A DNA stretch of 63,924 bases, the filler included, from Lenisia limosa (lineage: Eukaryota; Protista; Breviatea), in the NCBI GenBank assembly GCA_001655205.1. It is 13 parts of 13 records of this genome, joined end to end, with 100 filler letters (N's around TTAATTAATTAA, not from the genome) between each part and the next. Parts side by side here need not be neighbours in the genome. Positions count along the whole stretch, not along the records: positions 1 to 18,364 come from LPNZ01006118.1; 12 more parts are not named here. One strand, given 5' to 3'. How positions within the stretch are numbered: the stretch's first letter is position 1; the number at the start of each line of letters is the position of its first letter. A model generated the notes under the pieces. The model did no database searches and was not told the origin of the DNA. It was given only the letters and a program-made list of their open reading frames with translations. Positions 1-12,022 of this stretch are shown one piece after another. The position numbers and the translations under genes are program-made.

Positions 1-3000
1 GTTCCTGCATTCTTGGTGACGACGGAGTGCCTTTCTGTGACTGTGTTGAGGCGAACATGGGGGCCACCTGTACCACTCGTGGGGGGGTCTCAAGCTTTTC
101 CAGGTTCTTTTGACCGTATCAATAGTACTGTTGACCTATTTGAGTTTCTTTACACCCAGTTCTCACTCTGCAGAATGCGGAGAAGTGGGCCTGTACGGGC
201 AATGCACGGGTCACGGTAACTGTGTACAAGTGGGTGGAGGGAATAATCTTAACTGACGCGGCATGGGAGTAACTTCTTGTGCGTTTGAATGCACCATAAC
301 TACCTTTACGCCTATCGAAATTTCCTTCGTTTTACCCCCCCTCCCAGGCTGGAGGAGAAGGGGAAGGCACATTTGCGTGTCAGTGTTTCAGAGGTTATGG
401 AGGCGCTCTATGTGACAGGGTCGAATTCGAAATGTCCAGCACTGTTGCCGAGATCTTGGCGGGTGTGTGGGGTTGCTTTTATCACTTTTGTCTTTGTTTT
501 GTTTATATTGTAGAGGGCACCGCGGGAATGGAGTTCCCTTGGCCTGAATCCTGGCAGAATGCAGCTAAACTACTCATTCATGGGTAAGCAAACATTAGGC
601 GAATGCTAGCTATAACATCAGAGCAGGTGCACAAAATGAGTTAATACTTTTTTTTAGACTGAAGTACCCCATACCGGTACCAATTTTTAGACCAATGCTG
701 ACAATGTAGACTCATTCGTCTGGAATCCACGGGCCAATCCCTGGCCACCATCTTCGACTCCCCCAAGATGCATTTGTTCTTCGATGATGGTGTTCTCAAA
801 GTGGGCTGGTTGAACTTCCTGTCTCATAACTGAATTTGTGCACCAGTGTATTTCGGGCTGAAGTGAATCCCTGGTTGCTGCTATTGCTGACGGTTTAGCT
901 CTTTGACAAGGCATTGAACAAGGTCTTGACCTGCGATACTGAGTTGGCCGAAAACGAATGGTGAGTGACTGAAGAAAGATGCACCAGGTGGAATATTGTC
1001 TCTGACGGCACTTCAGGTTTACCTTCGCCGTCAACTCAGTTGGTGACTCCTTGCGCGAAGTGTACATCAATGAAAAGGCGGTGGGTGGTGACTTACTGGG
1101 CCTGTTGTATGTGTTTGTAGATGTCAATAATGACTCCCCCAGGTGCTTGTCAATACGGAGAAAGCCCTGGCCGGACAGGAGGTTGAGCCAGATTCAGTGC
1201 TGCAGTGGGGCAAGAACTTTGCTGGCGCACTCGACGACATCGCAGTCTTCACGGGTGGGGCCAGCCCAAGCGCTTCTCGTTTGGCTATTGATTGTATTTC
1301 CTTTTTTTTGCTTTGCTTCCAGGTTATTAGGAATTTCTATCATCAAATCCATTTACGCTGCTAGGAGAGATATCCGATATTGTTGACCATATTCGCGCCT
1401 TCAAGGATGGAGTGGCAGACCCGAATGTCAGTTATTGCACAATCATCTCTATTCCATTCTAACCAGTTTTTAATGGTATAGATGCCTGGTCTCGAGGCTT
1501 ATTGGATCTTTGAAGAAATTGAAGGAACTGCAATTTACGACCTTGTGAGGGGGAATTAAAGCTTGTTGGTTCACTTGGCAATATGGAGTTGTAACCGGTG
1601 AATTAGAATTACAGGTGGTGGGGCACTGAAAGTCTACACATTTTGTTTAACCATTTTAGACAAAGAATCACATCAACGGTCTTCTTGGGGACGGGGCTAC
1701 TCGTGCCATTACAGGCTTGGTTAAGGTTCGCAGTCACTTTCGATCGCCTTGACCTGTTATTTCTGGGTTGACACTTCAGACCATGCTTACTCACTCAACA
1801 TCAAAGATCGATTACGATATTGAAATTGGTGAAGACTTTTCAACGGTTTGGGGGGTAAGAGTTATTTTGTCTTAGGTTGAAGAAGACTGATCGCTTAGAT
1901 CAGTTTGACAGCTTCAATGCCGGCTGGAGGCGAGGCTGTTGGCGCCACGCTAACGTTCGACTTGGACGCTGTGGGGGAGAAGGCACTTTCGTTTGAGTTC
2001 TTGACTACAGACGACAAGCAGCGCCGAGACCTGGAAACTTTCCAAAGTGGGTATTCGACTATCTTTGCTCAGTCATATGGGTTGGACTGACATTTCAGCC
2101 TCGGCAGTTGTGAACGGGAAGAAGGCTCGTGCTGACAACGATGGGCAGACGTTCACTTTGAGAAGTGAGAGGGGAACCTGGGGTTTCGATCGCAATGGTG
2201 ACTAACTGTCTAGATCTGAAAGGAAGGTCACAAGGCTACTTAGCCATTCCAACGTCGTTATTAGTGGAGGGCGAGAACATCATTAAGGTTTGTGTGGCGA
2301 AATACCCAGTCTTGCCAGAACTGTTTGAAAATGTGATAATAATTTTAGGTTTCATCGTCAGGGGAGGATAGACGGCTTCCTGGTGACTTGATGCTGAAAG
2401 AGGTGTGTCTCCTAAGAACTCTTAAGGTTGAAATGTTCTCTCTTAATACCTCCCAGGTTCTCTCTTAATACCCCCCCCAGGTTCACGTGGCTATGCAGTA
2501 CAAATCTGACACGGACCGCGGTGTTGCTCTGGCGCCGCCGTCACCACTCACCGAGTGTCCGGGTGCTATCGGTAGGTTGGGACTGCACGATTCATTGCGG
2601 TCAATATTTTTTAAATCGTTTCCCGGTCTTTTTTGGACATTGTTTTTGCTTTTCTCAGATGAGTTTTTCCAAGCCCAAGAGCAAAACCTCCCATCATTTA
2701 ACCCCTTTGTTGTTATCAACCTTTGTGTAGTCAGACAGCAGAGTTGATTTGGGATTTTTGTTTCATACATTTTCCGATTTTACTCCCCAGGCGACCCCTT
2801 GGAAGGCGTATGCAACAACGTTGTGCCTATCAGGGGCTATGTCGTGAGGCGAGGTGCATGCCACTTCAATGAAACAACTACCACCGTAAAAGGGTCTTGT
2901 ATTTGAGCAGTCCCCCCCCCCCCCCNNNNNNNNNNNNNNNNNNNNNNNNNNNNNNNNNNNNNNNNNNNNNNNNNNNNNNNNNNNNNNNNNNNNNNNNNNN

Positions 3001-3663
3001 NNNNNNNNNNNNNNNNNNNNNNNNNNNNNNNNNNNNNNNNNNNNNNNNNNNNNNNNNGCGAAGTGCTCGTGTCATACTGGTTTCTATGGGGATGCGTGTG
3101 AACAATACTGCCCAGGACTGAACTTAGACGTAAGGCTGGGTTTGCTATCAGTAACTTCCTCGTTCTTGAATAACCATTTAGACGTTCGTGGAGTGTTCGG
3201 GACATGGGGTTTGTAACCCTGGTGGAAACTCCACGTGTGACTGCGATTCTGGTTTCACGGGGGAGGCTTGCGAAATGTCTTGCTACACATTATCTGACGA
3301 TAGTGAAAAGTTTTGCACGTATGTTTGCCGCCCATTATGCGTCATCAAATACCGCCCATTATGCGTAATTCCACTGCACTTGAAAGTTGACTATGACAGT
3401 GGTCGGGGGAGTTGCATCAGTCAAGAGGCGGTAAACGGCACGGATGTTGCCGCGTGTGCGTGTCATTTCGGATACTCTGGCGAACTGTGTCAGGTATGAA
3501 CCGGTGTTGGGAAGGCATCTATTGTCATAGGCAGACTAGTCATCATATTACGCTTTAGAACAATGACCGTCTTGCTTTTGGTCTGGCAGTTCTGGCGTCA
3601 GTGGGGATCGGCGCATCGGCGATCTTCTACACTACGCCAAAGAGAAGGTTCAAGACCGTCTAA
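1..3663 (+). CDS. Multi-exon type I membrane protein with EGF-like repeats and a LamG/ConA-like domain (5' partial)
   Basis: Spliced exons give EGF motifs (CTGHGNCVQ|AGGEGEGTFACQCFRGYGGALC across intron 230-347; ECSGHGVCNPGGNSTCDCDSGFTGEAC; CACHFGYSGELC) and a LamG-like WGKNFAGALDDIAVF. The last exon NNDRLAFGLAVLASVGIGASAIFYTTPKRRFKTV* has one TM helix and a short basic tail; stop at 3661-3663. Confidence 0.72.
2705..2790 (+). repeat. Family Y repeat at acceptor 2790
   Basis: TTTGTTGTTATCAACC...GAGTTGATTTGGG...TTTCATACATTTTCCGATTTTACTCCCCAG|GCGAC. Confidence 0.8.
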
Positions 3664-4034
3664 TGGGTTATATGGGTTGTTTTGGGTTATTTATATTTGG
3701 CATTTCTGAGGAGGACGGTTACCCTAGGAGGAGTATTATAGATATTTCATATGGGGAGCAACTTTTTTTCATATTCCTACTTTGGAGTGGTTGGGAACAG
3801 GGGGAAAGAAATGTTATTATTATTTTACTGGGAAGAGACAGTTCAGATCGGCTTCTCTGACCAATGTGAAAACTGGACTATATTGGGTGAATAAAAAACT
3901 TAGTCCCATCCTAATCTATACACCTCCTAGGTAACTCAATCACCCAAACACAAATTGAACTTAAATTCATAAAGTGAAACACATGCCTTGAGGTATCGCA
4001 TCAGCCATATTCCAACTAACCACACTCGGCCCCA

Positions 4035-7000
4035 TCAAAGCCGTAGAAAAATTGCATGTTGATAACACCAATTAGCAAGGAATGTTTTGAAGTTGGTTTT
4101 TTTTAGGAGACAGTGAGCAAGAGAAGCAAATTCAAATTTACCTATTGAAAGCGCTTTAGTGGCGTCGCCGTAAGCCTTGTGGCACTCACTAAGGGGAATA
4201 ATTAGTTTGTAAAACACAATTATAAAGATATCTGTAAGGTTTATCCGAATGAGGTAACTCAAGTTAGAAGACTTCCTGATATAAATGAGGGAAAACCTTC
4301 AGTCTATCTCGGCATTTCATTTCCACATACATATCGTATCTCAAATATTTCATGTCTTGTATCTGTAATCATATAATATTACAGGGGGAGTGGGGTAATA
4401 ATGAAAGCTTAGGGTACAAGAAATAAAGGCGAAGCCGAGGAGTTTGTTCAGAGTGCCCTTCGGAGTATGAAACAAAAGCTCATAATCAACTCTTCTGGGT
4501 CTTAAGAAAGAAATTACAGCCGAGAACAACTAATATACTATTCCCATCAAAGCAATAATAGTCCTCATAAACATTTCAGTATTATTTCCGATCGATTGAA
4601 GAATCTTATAGACCCCCACAAACCTGGGTGCAAGAAGTAGATGGAGTAGGAAGCGGCTGGGGCAAAATGGCTTGGGGTGTGAGAGGGAGCAAACTTGGTT
4701 CAAAACTCCTAGTTGGGAGTTGGGGTGAGTAAAATTAACGAAACCCCCAGAATCAACCCTGTAAAACATTGAAATACTTCANNNNNNNNNNNNNNNNNNN
4801 NNNNNNNNNNNNNNNNNNNNNNNNNNNNNNNNNNNNNNNNNNNNNNNNNNNNNNNNNNNNNNNNNNNNNNNNNNNNNNNNNNNNNNNNNNNTAAGTCACA
4901 AATCAAACACCAAAACGGTTAGAACGTCAGATGGTGTGGAGTTGAAATGGCAATGTTGGCACAGAGAGGTCCGATTGTCACATCAGGGTTGTAGTACTGC
5001 TTAAATGCACTATATTGTTAAAGGGAATCTGCTGCAGATCAGTAATATGTTGAAAATGAGCAGGTAATAGCAGGCTGGTCTTTCACACAAAAATTCCCAA
5101 ACAAACAGATGCAGGGGGGAGTAGAACTCAAAATCGTCAGTGCTGTGGCTTCTTTCATTAAAGGGTGTGGATAACTTCGTCTCTCCAGCAATCTACGGAA
5201 TAAAACCCTTCTCTAAGCGTAAAAAACCCATCTATCGGTATCCCTTACTATTATCTACTCTTCTATGCATATAATATCATAAAAGTGTTTACTAATTGCA
5301 TTCTGGTATTGCCCCTCCTGACGTTGAAAAATGCGACTTTGGTGTTACTAGTTCCAATATCCACCGCCGGACTCTTAATGGACGTTCGGCAGTTGAAAGC
5401 CGTGAAGTATGTCCGGCTGGTGTCCGTGGAGTTGAGGACGCCAGATTTTGTTGTTCCAGAAAAGGGGTTCATGAAGGGTACGTGGACCTGGGGAATTAAG
5501 GTAATCTATGGTTTTAATCCATAATTGAACCGTTTGGCTTAGCGAACCAAAGAGCCAAGGGATGTTGGTATGAAGAGCACAGCCGCACGCAAATTATGAA
5601 CAACCGCTCCTTTGTCCAAGCTGAAACAGTTAATTGCTGAGAGTGTTTGAATTTTCACGATTGTGGTTGGGTCATCTGAATATCCAAAAGAATGTCAAAG
5701 AAACAAGACCAGGGTTACACAATGCAGCATGATATTATCATTTATGTACTCAAACTAAAAACATAGTAAAAAGAAGAAGACAATAAAAAATATTTAAAGG
5801 AACTTCCTTCAGGTATCCACCTACTCGGTCATGGTTAGCGTATGGACTGTAGCTGGAGAAACAGTTGCAATATTGCTGAACGGGAAGTACTGTTTCGACG
5901 CAGTGTTCCTTCGGTGCCCTCCAGATGAGTCGTTGGACAGTCCGTCTAGGGAGGGGGGGGGGGGNNNNNNNNNNNNNNNNNNNNNNNNNNNCCTCCAGAT
6001 GAGTCGTTGGACAGTCCGTCTAGGGAGGGGGGGGGGGGTGAACCAGGAGGGTAAGGCATGTCCACAGTCCTAAAATAGAACGCTGTTTGGATAAATTATT
6101 CTTGTTTGGAATTAACAGGAAGTATAATAATGTCGTCATTTGAATCCATGTAGTATTTTGAGTTCAACTCAAGAGAACTTATAAGGAATTCAGTCCTTTG
6201 AATGCGTCCCTCTCCAACCCATTTTCACTGAGAAGAAGTCCCAGGTATATCCATCAAAGTAGGCAGAACCAACGGATAACGCAATGTACTCAACTTCCTT
6301 TGTTGACGTTGTGAATGGCGTTTCTAAATCGTGACACCACCCCACAGACAAAATCTCGCGCTAGTTTTATAGTAGCTATATCATATACATACAAATATAC
6401 AACATATAAATATCAATGATTGTCCCATTCAAACCGACACCCTTATACATCGTGCAGCATTTAAAATGATACAAGCACACAACTACAGAAAAGGTACAGC
6501 TATTACATACAACACCGCTTTAAGCACTTATATTCAAGATCGAAAGCAGCGAACAACGTAATGCTATGAACACAGAACGCCATATCTTCAGGCTTCCTAC
6601 CAGATCCAGCTGAAGTGTTGGGGAGCACGTCACTGAAATAGTTCGCAATGGCGCCTGAAGCTGTAGGTAGTCCATCTGAGGGATAAGGTCAGCCACTGAA
6701 CACCAAATAAAGATTTCATTCTCTGTCATATTATGCACAAAAAACAGAGATACAGTCAAACCTACAAAGTATGATACACATATCATATAACTTTATCATT
6801 TTCACACGTGTGAACTATCGTTTTACACGCAGTGATATCCCTCATATCCACCCGTATGATAATTAATCGACAATGATACTCTAATACACTCGGGATGAAC
6901 CCTCAATGTTATCTTCGTTCATTATGTCGACTTTCAACTCCCCATAACTCCCCAGCATACAAAGTGTGATATAATTCATGATGTCTTCACCATCCACAAT

Positions 7001-7360
7001 GCCGCCAGCAGTTCCGACTCCTTTCCCAGAGATCTAAACAATTACTAACAACCTGAGGTCGTCTTATACAACGCATTAATAAGAAATCAGTATAAAAACA
7101 CCCAAAAAACAACAAATGGCTTTGGCTTGGCTCAACTTCCCCTCATCACCCAGATCTCTAGTTTTACTTTTTCATGTTTCCAAAAAAAACAATACCAATA
7201 CGCTCATCTTTTTCGGATTTGAGTGAAACAGTTATCAGGTCCCTACATCCACAGAGCCTCAGTTCCATCCTCACCTTGAAGGTATGCAGTCCTTGGGAAA
7301 GGGTTCCACCCCAAACACAGCCTAAAGGTCGTACAATGGTGTATGCTTCCTAAAAGGTAA
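4035..7360 (-). CDS. Multi-exon gene of unknown function (boundaries approximate)
   Basis: Several minus-strand open segments bounded by AG/GT, e.g. VHVPFMNPF...AVDIGTSNTKVAFFNVRRG after ccccag at ~5490, DDPTTIVKIQTLSAINCF and EAYTIVRPLGCVWVEPF. No family confidently recognised. Confidence 0.35.
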
Positions 7361-7984
7361 AAAGGAAGGAACTTTAATACACGAGCGTCAGTAACATCAA
7401 ATTATTACACCAAATGCTACCAGTATTGTTCAATATACTAGAGTTCTCTAGTAATTTCATCAATCGGCCATCCACCCCCCAACCCCCAACCCCAAACACC
7501 ACTTTCATTAGCATTTTCACGAAAAATATGGTGTATTTGTTTCTATATTCTGGGTGTTTCTAAGGTCGCTCCAATTAAATATTACAACAAACTATTAAAA
7601 TTGATCATAATTACAGGAACGCACCCCCTTTGTTGCGTACCTTCATATATGCGTCTAACTGTATACTATCACAAATCAACAAAACAAGAAAAGCAATCAT
7701 TACTTATCTTTCCCCTACTGTCCATGCATTTTGTACCCTTGTGTAACATACATTGCATTTTGTACCCTTGTGTAACATACATTGATATCTTGCAGTTGCG
7801 AGCAGACTGCTACTCCGTCAATTTCCAACTCAATTTCAACCTGAAACATTACTATTTCAGGACATCATAATTGTTTGGTAATGTATATTTACGTTGATAA
7901 GTTGTTGGATCAAACTCCAATAATACACAGACCAGATTTGTAAGGCATGAATTACTGGTAGTGCGATGATTCGCTCTATTGAGT

Positions 7985-9270
7985 TTATAACCCTTCCTAG
8001 AATGCGGTATACTGATCAGGTGTACCTGCTGCCGGGATGCAACTTTGTAAGACATAAGCGCATCAATGACAGCAGCAGACTCATGGGGCACCATGAACTT
8101 CGTGAAAAGAACCTCGGTAAAGCCGCCTTTGAAGATAAGAGGAGTGAATTAATAACCCAAAAACCCGGAAAACTATTTATCAAGGGTGATTCAGAAAACA
8201 ACTGCAGGAAAGCAGATATTTTTAAAGGATTTTTTCTTTCACAATTCCAACTTCTTAGTGTGTGAAATTGTATATCATATCCACTGATGTCTTCCAAATG
8301 AATCTATCATATCAGCTTTTTCATCCCACCGGCGAAGAGGGTGACTTCAACCGAGGAGGACTCCAGCATTGCTAAGGTGGTGTGTGGTGTTGCTGACAGC
8401 GAGTTGATAATATGTCCGTTCTTCTCATAGTGCAACTCTCCCACCTACAAGCGGTGAAATAAGGAATTGAGAAATGTCCAAGAGCTGGTAACATATTTAA
8501 GGTTCCAGTAGTACTACAGCTGAAGATTATTTATTAAAGATGTTCTTTTGTTTGAACCTCATATCCTAAAGTGAGGGACCAACCTGAGCCGATTGCGTAG
8601 TGAGTGAGAGGGTATTGACAGCGTCAGCCTGGAGGGAGGGGGCTTCAATTGCTACGTCACTGACGAGAGCCAAGGGGGTGAGTCTACTCCAGAATAATCG
8701 AAGAAGAAATGCTGTGTCAATTTATGATGATAATGACTACAAAGAAAATGTCCGAACATCCTGCATTCTCTCTCCTCCACCCACTTAAATGACGTTACCA
8801 ATGAAGCGAAAGTGAGAAGGGCCGCTAGGAGGATAAGTATACTACTTCGAGAGTAGTCTTCCATACCCAATGCTCAACTGTATTATTTGTTATATCTCTG
8901 TTATCCCACAACCAAATAGCTGTTTATTATTACTCACTCTGGATTTGACTATAGATCCCCCAAAATCTCCCCTGAGGAGTGTCACCGCAAGCGTCACTCA
9001 GAGCCCCTGGAGGGTACAGGGTGATTTACTAATTTACTAATTTATTGAAAATTTATCACCCGATCCACCTGATCTGATACCCCCCCCCTAGTTTTGGTTG
9101 TTGGAATTGTGGTTCGGACGCCACGCCACCATCATGGGAAAACCGTCCGCTTCCGCTTGGCTTCCTCTCGGGTTTTGCAGTTTGCAGCAGGTTTGCAGTC
9201 TCACTCTTGTGGGTTGAAGCAAGCTTGCCACAAGTAACGCCAAACATATCAACCCACAGTTGCCAAAAAC
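7985..9270 (-). CDS. Small multi-exon gene of unknown function (5' end uncertain)
   Basis: Exons RLTPLALVSDVAIEAPSLQ..., VGELHYEKNGHIINSLS...VEVTLFA, GGFTEVLFTKFMVPHESAAVIDALMSYKVASRQQ and EGL*, with GT/AG boundaries. Confidence 0.35.
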
Positions 9271-9451
9271 CAAGATGTATGTATAATCACAATTGAATCA
9301 TAGTATTGTCAACTTGGTACTGAATATAGCAAAGCTGTATATTCATTTTCTACTCTTTATTTGATTATTAGTTACATATTTGGACTGAACTTGGATGGTC
9401 CCCTCGTTCCCTAAAATTACAGTTTAATAGTACAGTACCTAAATGAAACAG

Positions 9452-11346
9452 TTACTGAATTGCTTTCATTACCTCATCAGTCATTTTTACGAGGCTCTTA
9501 ACTCGTGATATCATACCTACAAAGTTAAGATACAGGTGGGCATAAACAGAAATATACCGCTGAGAAACATTCCAAAATCGATTCAATTCACCAAACAAAA
9601 AACAAAGATCCACATTCTGACGAATGACAATAGTTAACTTACTTGGGACTATTTCAAGGTAGATGTTTGGTTCATATTTCTGTAATTTCATGGTTTCTTT
9701 CAAATCTAAAACGTAAACGGAAGGTCAAATTTTCAAGATACTATTTCCATCCAGACCATAAGGATTGGTGTCAGCTTTAAAAAATATGGCGCGGCGGCAT
9801 GGAAATTTGATTTTATTAGTTTGCCAAGATTTTTTATCAACCATAAATACAAAGCATGATTCCAGAATTGTCTCCCTCAAACCCAGATTTACGAGTTCAA
9901 CCTCAAGCTCAAAACTCTCAAATTGCTTCTGGAAAGTTAGTGGACAAAATACAATAAGAGAAGCAGCAATAAACGAAGGGTGAAAACAACAAGGCCAGTT
10001 AGGCTACCTTCTTGTCGTCATGCTGTCTGGGCTCCAGAGATGAGATAGCAGTCAGATCAAAAGACCAGCCGTCAACAATATAGGAGGTTCGTTCTTTGTA
10101 TCGCGACATCGAAATGTTCTTGGCCCAGTCTTTCGTGAGCTCTGGTTTCGTGACGGACACGTAAACTCAGATTGAATAACCCGTAATGATCTGTTTACCG
10201 ACTGATACATTATGACTTTAACAGTGGTTATTTCAATAAGATTGCAAAATGGAATCATATATAGACAGTAATCAGTTCTGAAGGAAACCTTTGAGACCAC
10301 CAAATGGAATCACAGAATAAACAGGATAGGATATATATTCAAACCAATTCTGCCATTGCCAAAAATGTGTACTTCACCCCCACCCCCACCAAAAGGTTCT
10401 TCTCGTTTGACGCAGGCCTTGGCACCAATCTTTGACCCGGGAATGCGGAACCACAATTCCGGAGCCAGGTCTTTTTTTTCAATGGTCAACAGCTGCAAAT
10501 ATAGATTAAAACATCTATGGAGGTGAATAGTAATCAAATTGAGCTTCAGGATCCCTCATACCTCCCCTTCCACTTTAGTCACACGACGATAGCGGAATTT
10601 CTGTGATGGAAGACTGTAGAAGTAATCCGTGGAAACAGTCGTTTTAATTTCCACCTGGAATAAGAGTGAGAAAAAAGAGAATTATTTATGTATGTTCTCT
10701 AAAATGATATTAAATATGGGCTTGTGCCTAATTTCATGCTTCCAGAACCTGTAACAAACTAAAAAAGAGTATCTTGGTTGATGATAGCCTTTTTAACCCC
10801 TCCAACTCCATCCATTTTACTGAGAATTTCCCCAATGGCCAAGAATCTGTCATACTCCACACCGTTGAGGTAAGTTGGGTCCCTTTTCTGAAGTGGTCAT
10901 TTGTGTAAACCAACTAGCTCTACGCCAAAGAAAGTAAATGGTTACTCACTCTCAATTTATCACAGAAAATGCTCAAGCTCAAACCTCTTGTATTGTGAAC
11001 GCTGTTGTATCAGGAATGTGTCCATTGAAGATACCAAATCGAAGCTCAAACTATACCTGGTTAGACGGTACTTGTATGATGAGTATTTCATCTGATGTAA
11101 CCTTTAATGTATGTAGGGTAGGACACAAAGACCAGCCTACCTCATCCTTGGTCTCCTGGATGTGAGAAATCATCTGAGGTGTAAGGATTGTGAAAAGCAA
11201 TGAAATAGGAAGAGTATTAAGAAGAATTGTGAAGCTTGTCAGGTAATGTGTTGTAAAGATGAACCTCCCCTCCTTGCCCCTCCTCAATCCACCACACATA
11301 CTTTTAAAATCCCATCTCGCAGCGCTTCTTCTTTAGTATTCTCCAT
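9452..11346 (-). CDS. CET1: CYTH/triphosphate-tunnel mRNA 5'-triphosphatase (Cet1-type capping enzyme beta chain)
   Basis: In-phase exons 11346-11302, 11173-11141 and 11050-10985 give MENTKEEALRDGILK-MISHIQETKDE-FELRFG (motif A, ExExxFG). Later exons give RYKERTSYIVDGWSFDLTAI and FELEVEL, matching the RxKxRxSY...DxT and ExExE motifs of Cet1-family enzymes. Confidence 0.8.
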
Positions 11347-12022
11347 CTTTCGTTGCCAAGTGAAACAAATATGAGAAGAGCAGGTAAGTTGGTTGTGACT
11401 GTTGGGGTAAGTGTGATGTTGTGTGTGCCACAGGGGTGTGGGTGAGAGGGGAAGGAGGAGCAGAGGAGAAGAGAAGAAATGGAGCAATGGAGACCTGCAA
11501 TGGACAAACGAAAAGAAGAAAAGAAGAGAGGGAGCAGTTTGGGAGCAGTGGGGGATGAGTTGAAGGGGCAATGAACGGAGGGGCGGAGGTAGTAAGACGC
11601 AGGCGGGTTCAGANNNNNNNNNNNNNNNNNNNNNNNNNNNNNNNNNNNNNNNNNNNNNNNNNNNNNNNNNNNNNNNNNNNNNNNNNNNNNNNNNNNNNNN
11701 NNNNNNNNNNNNNNNNNNNAATCCTTCCCCGGTATGGGTCAAGTCCAAGTCTTTGGACTGGTCCTTCAATGAAGGGCCCGGCTCGGGGAAAGTAAAAACA
11801 TGATTTGTTTGAATTGCATTGAAAAATCTCTTGTTTTTTTTTTGTATAGTTTTATATAACCCCAAGGAGGGTTTGTGTGTGGTTTGCAGGTGGTTTGTTT
11901 CTTTACGAGCAAATCGGAGACTTCTGTTTCCTGGGTTGTATACACCCCCAGATTATTGATGCATTAAAGTTCAAAGTTCAAAGTTCCTGTTGACTAACAT
12001 ACAACAAGCAACATATATACCA

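Noticed and set aside
5921-6038. Direct repeat CCCTCCAGATGAGTCGTTGGACAGTCCGTCTAGGGAGGGGG on both sides of a short N gap
   Set aside because: Identical sequence flanking a gap and ending in a G run is the typical signature of an unmerged contig overlap, not an LTR or TSD.
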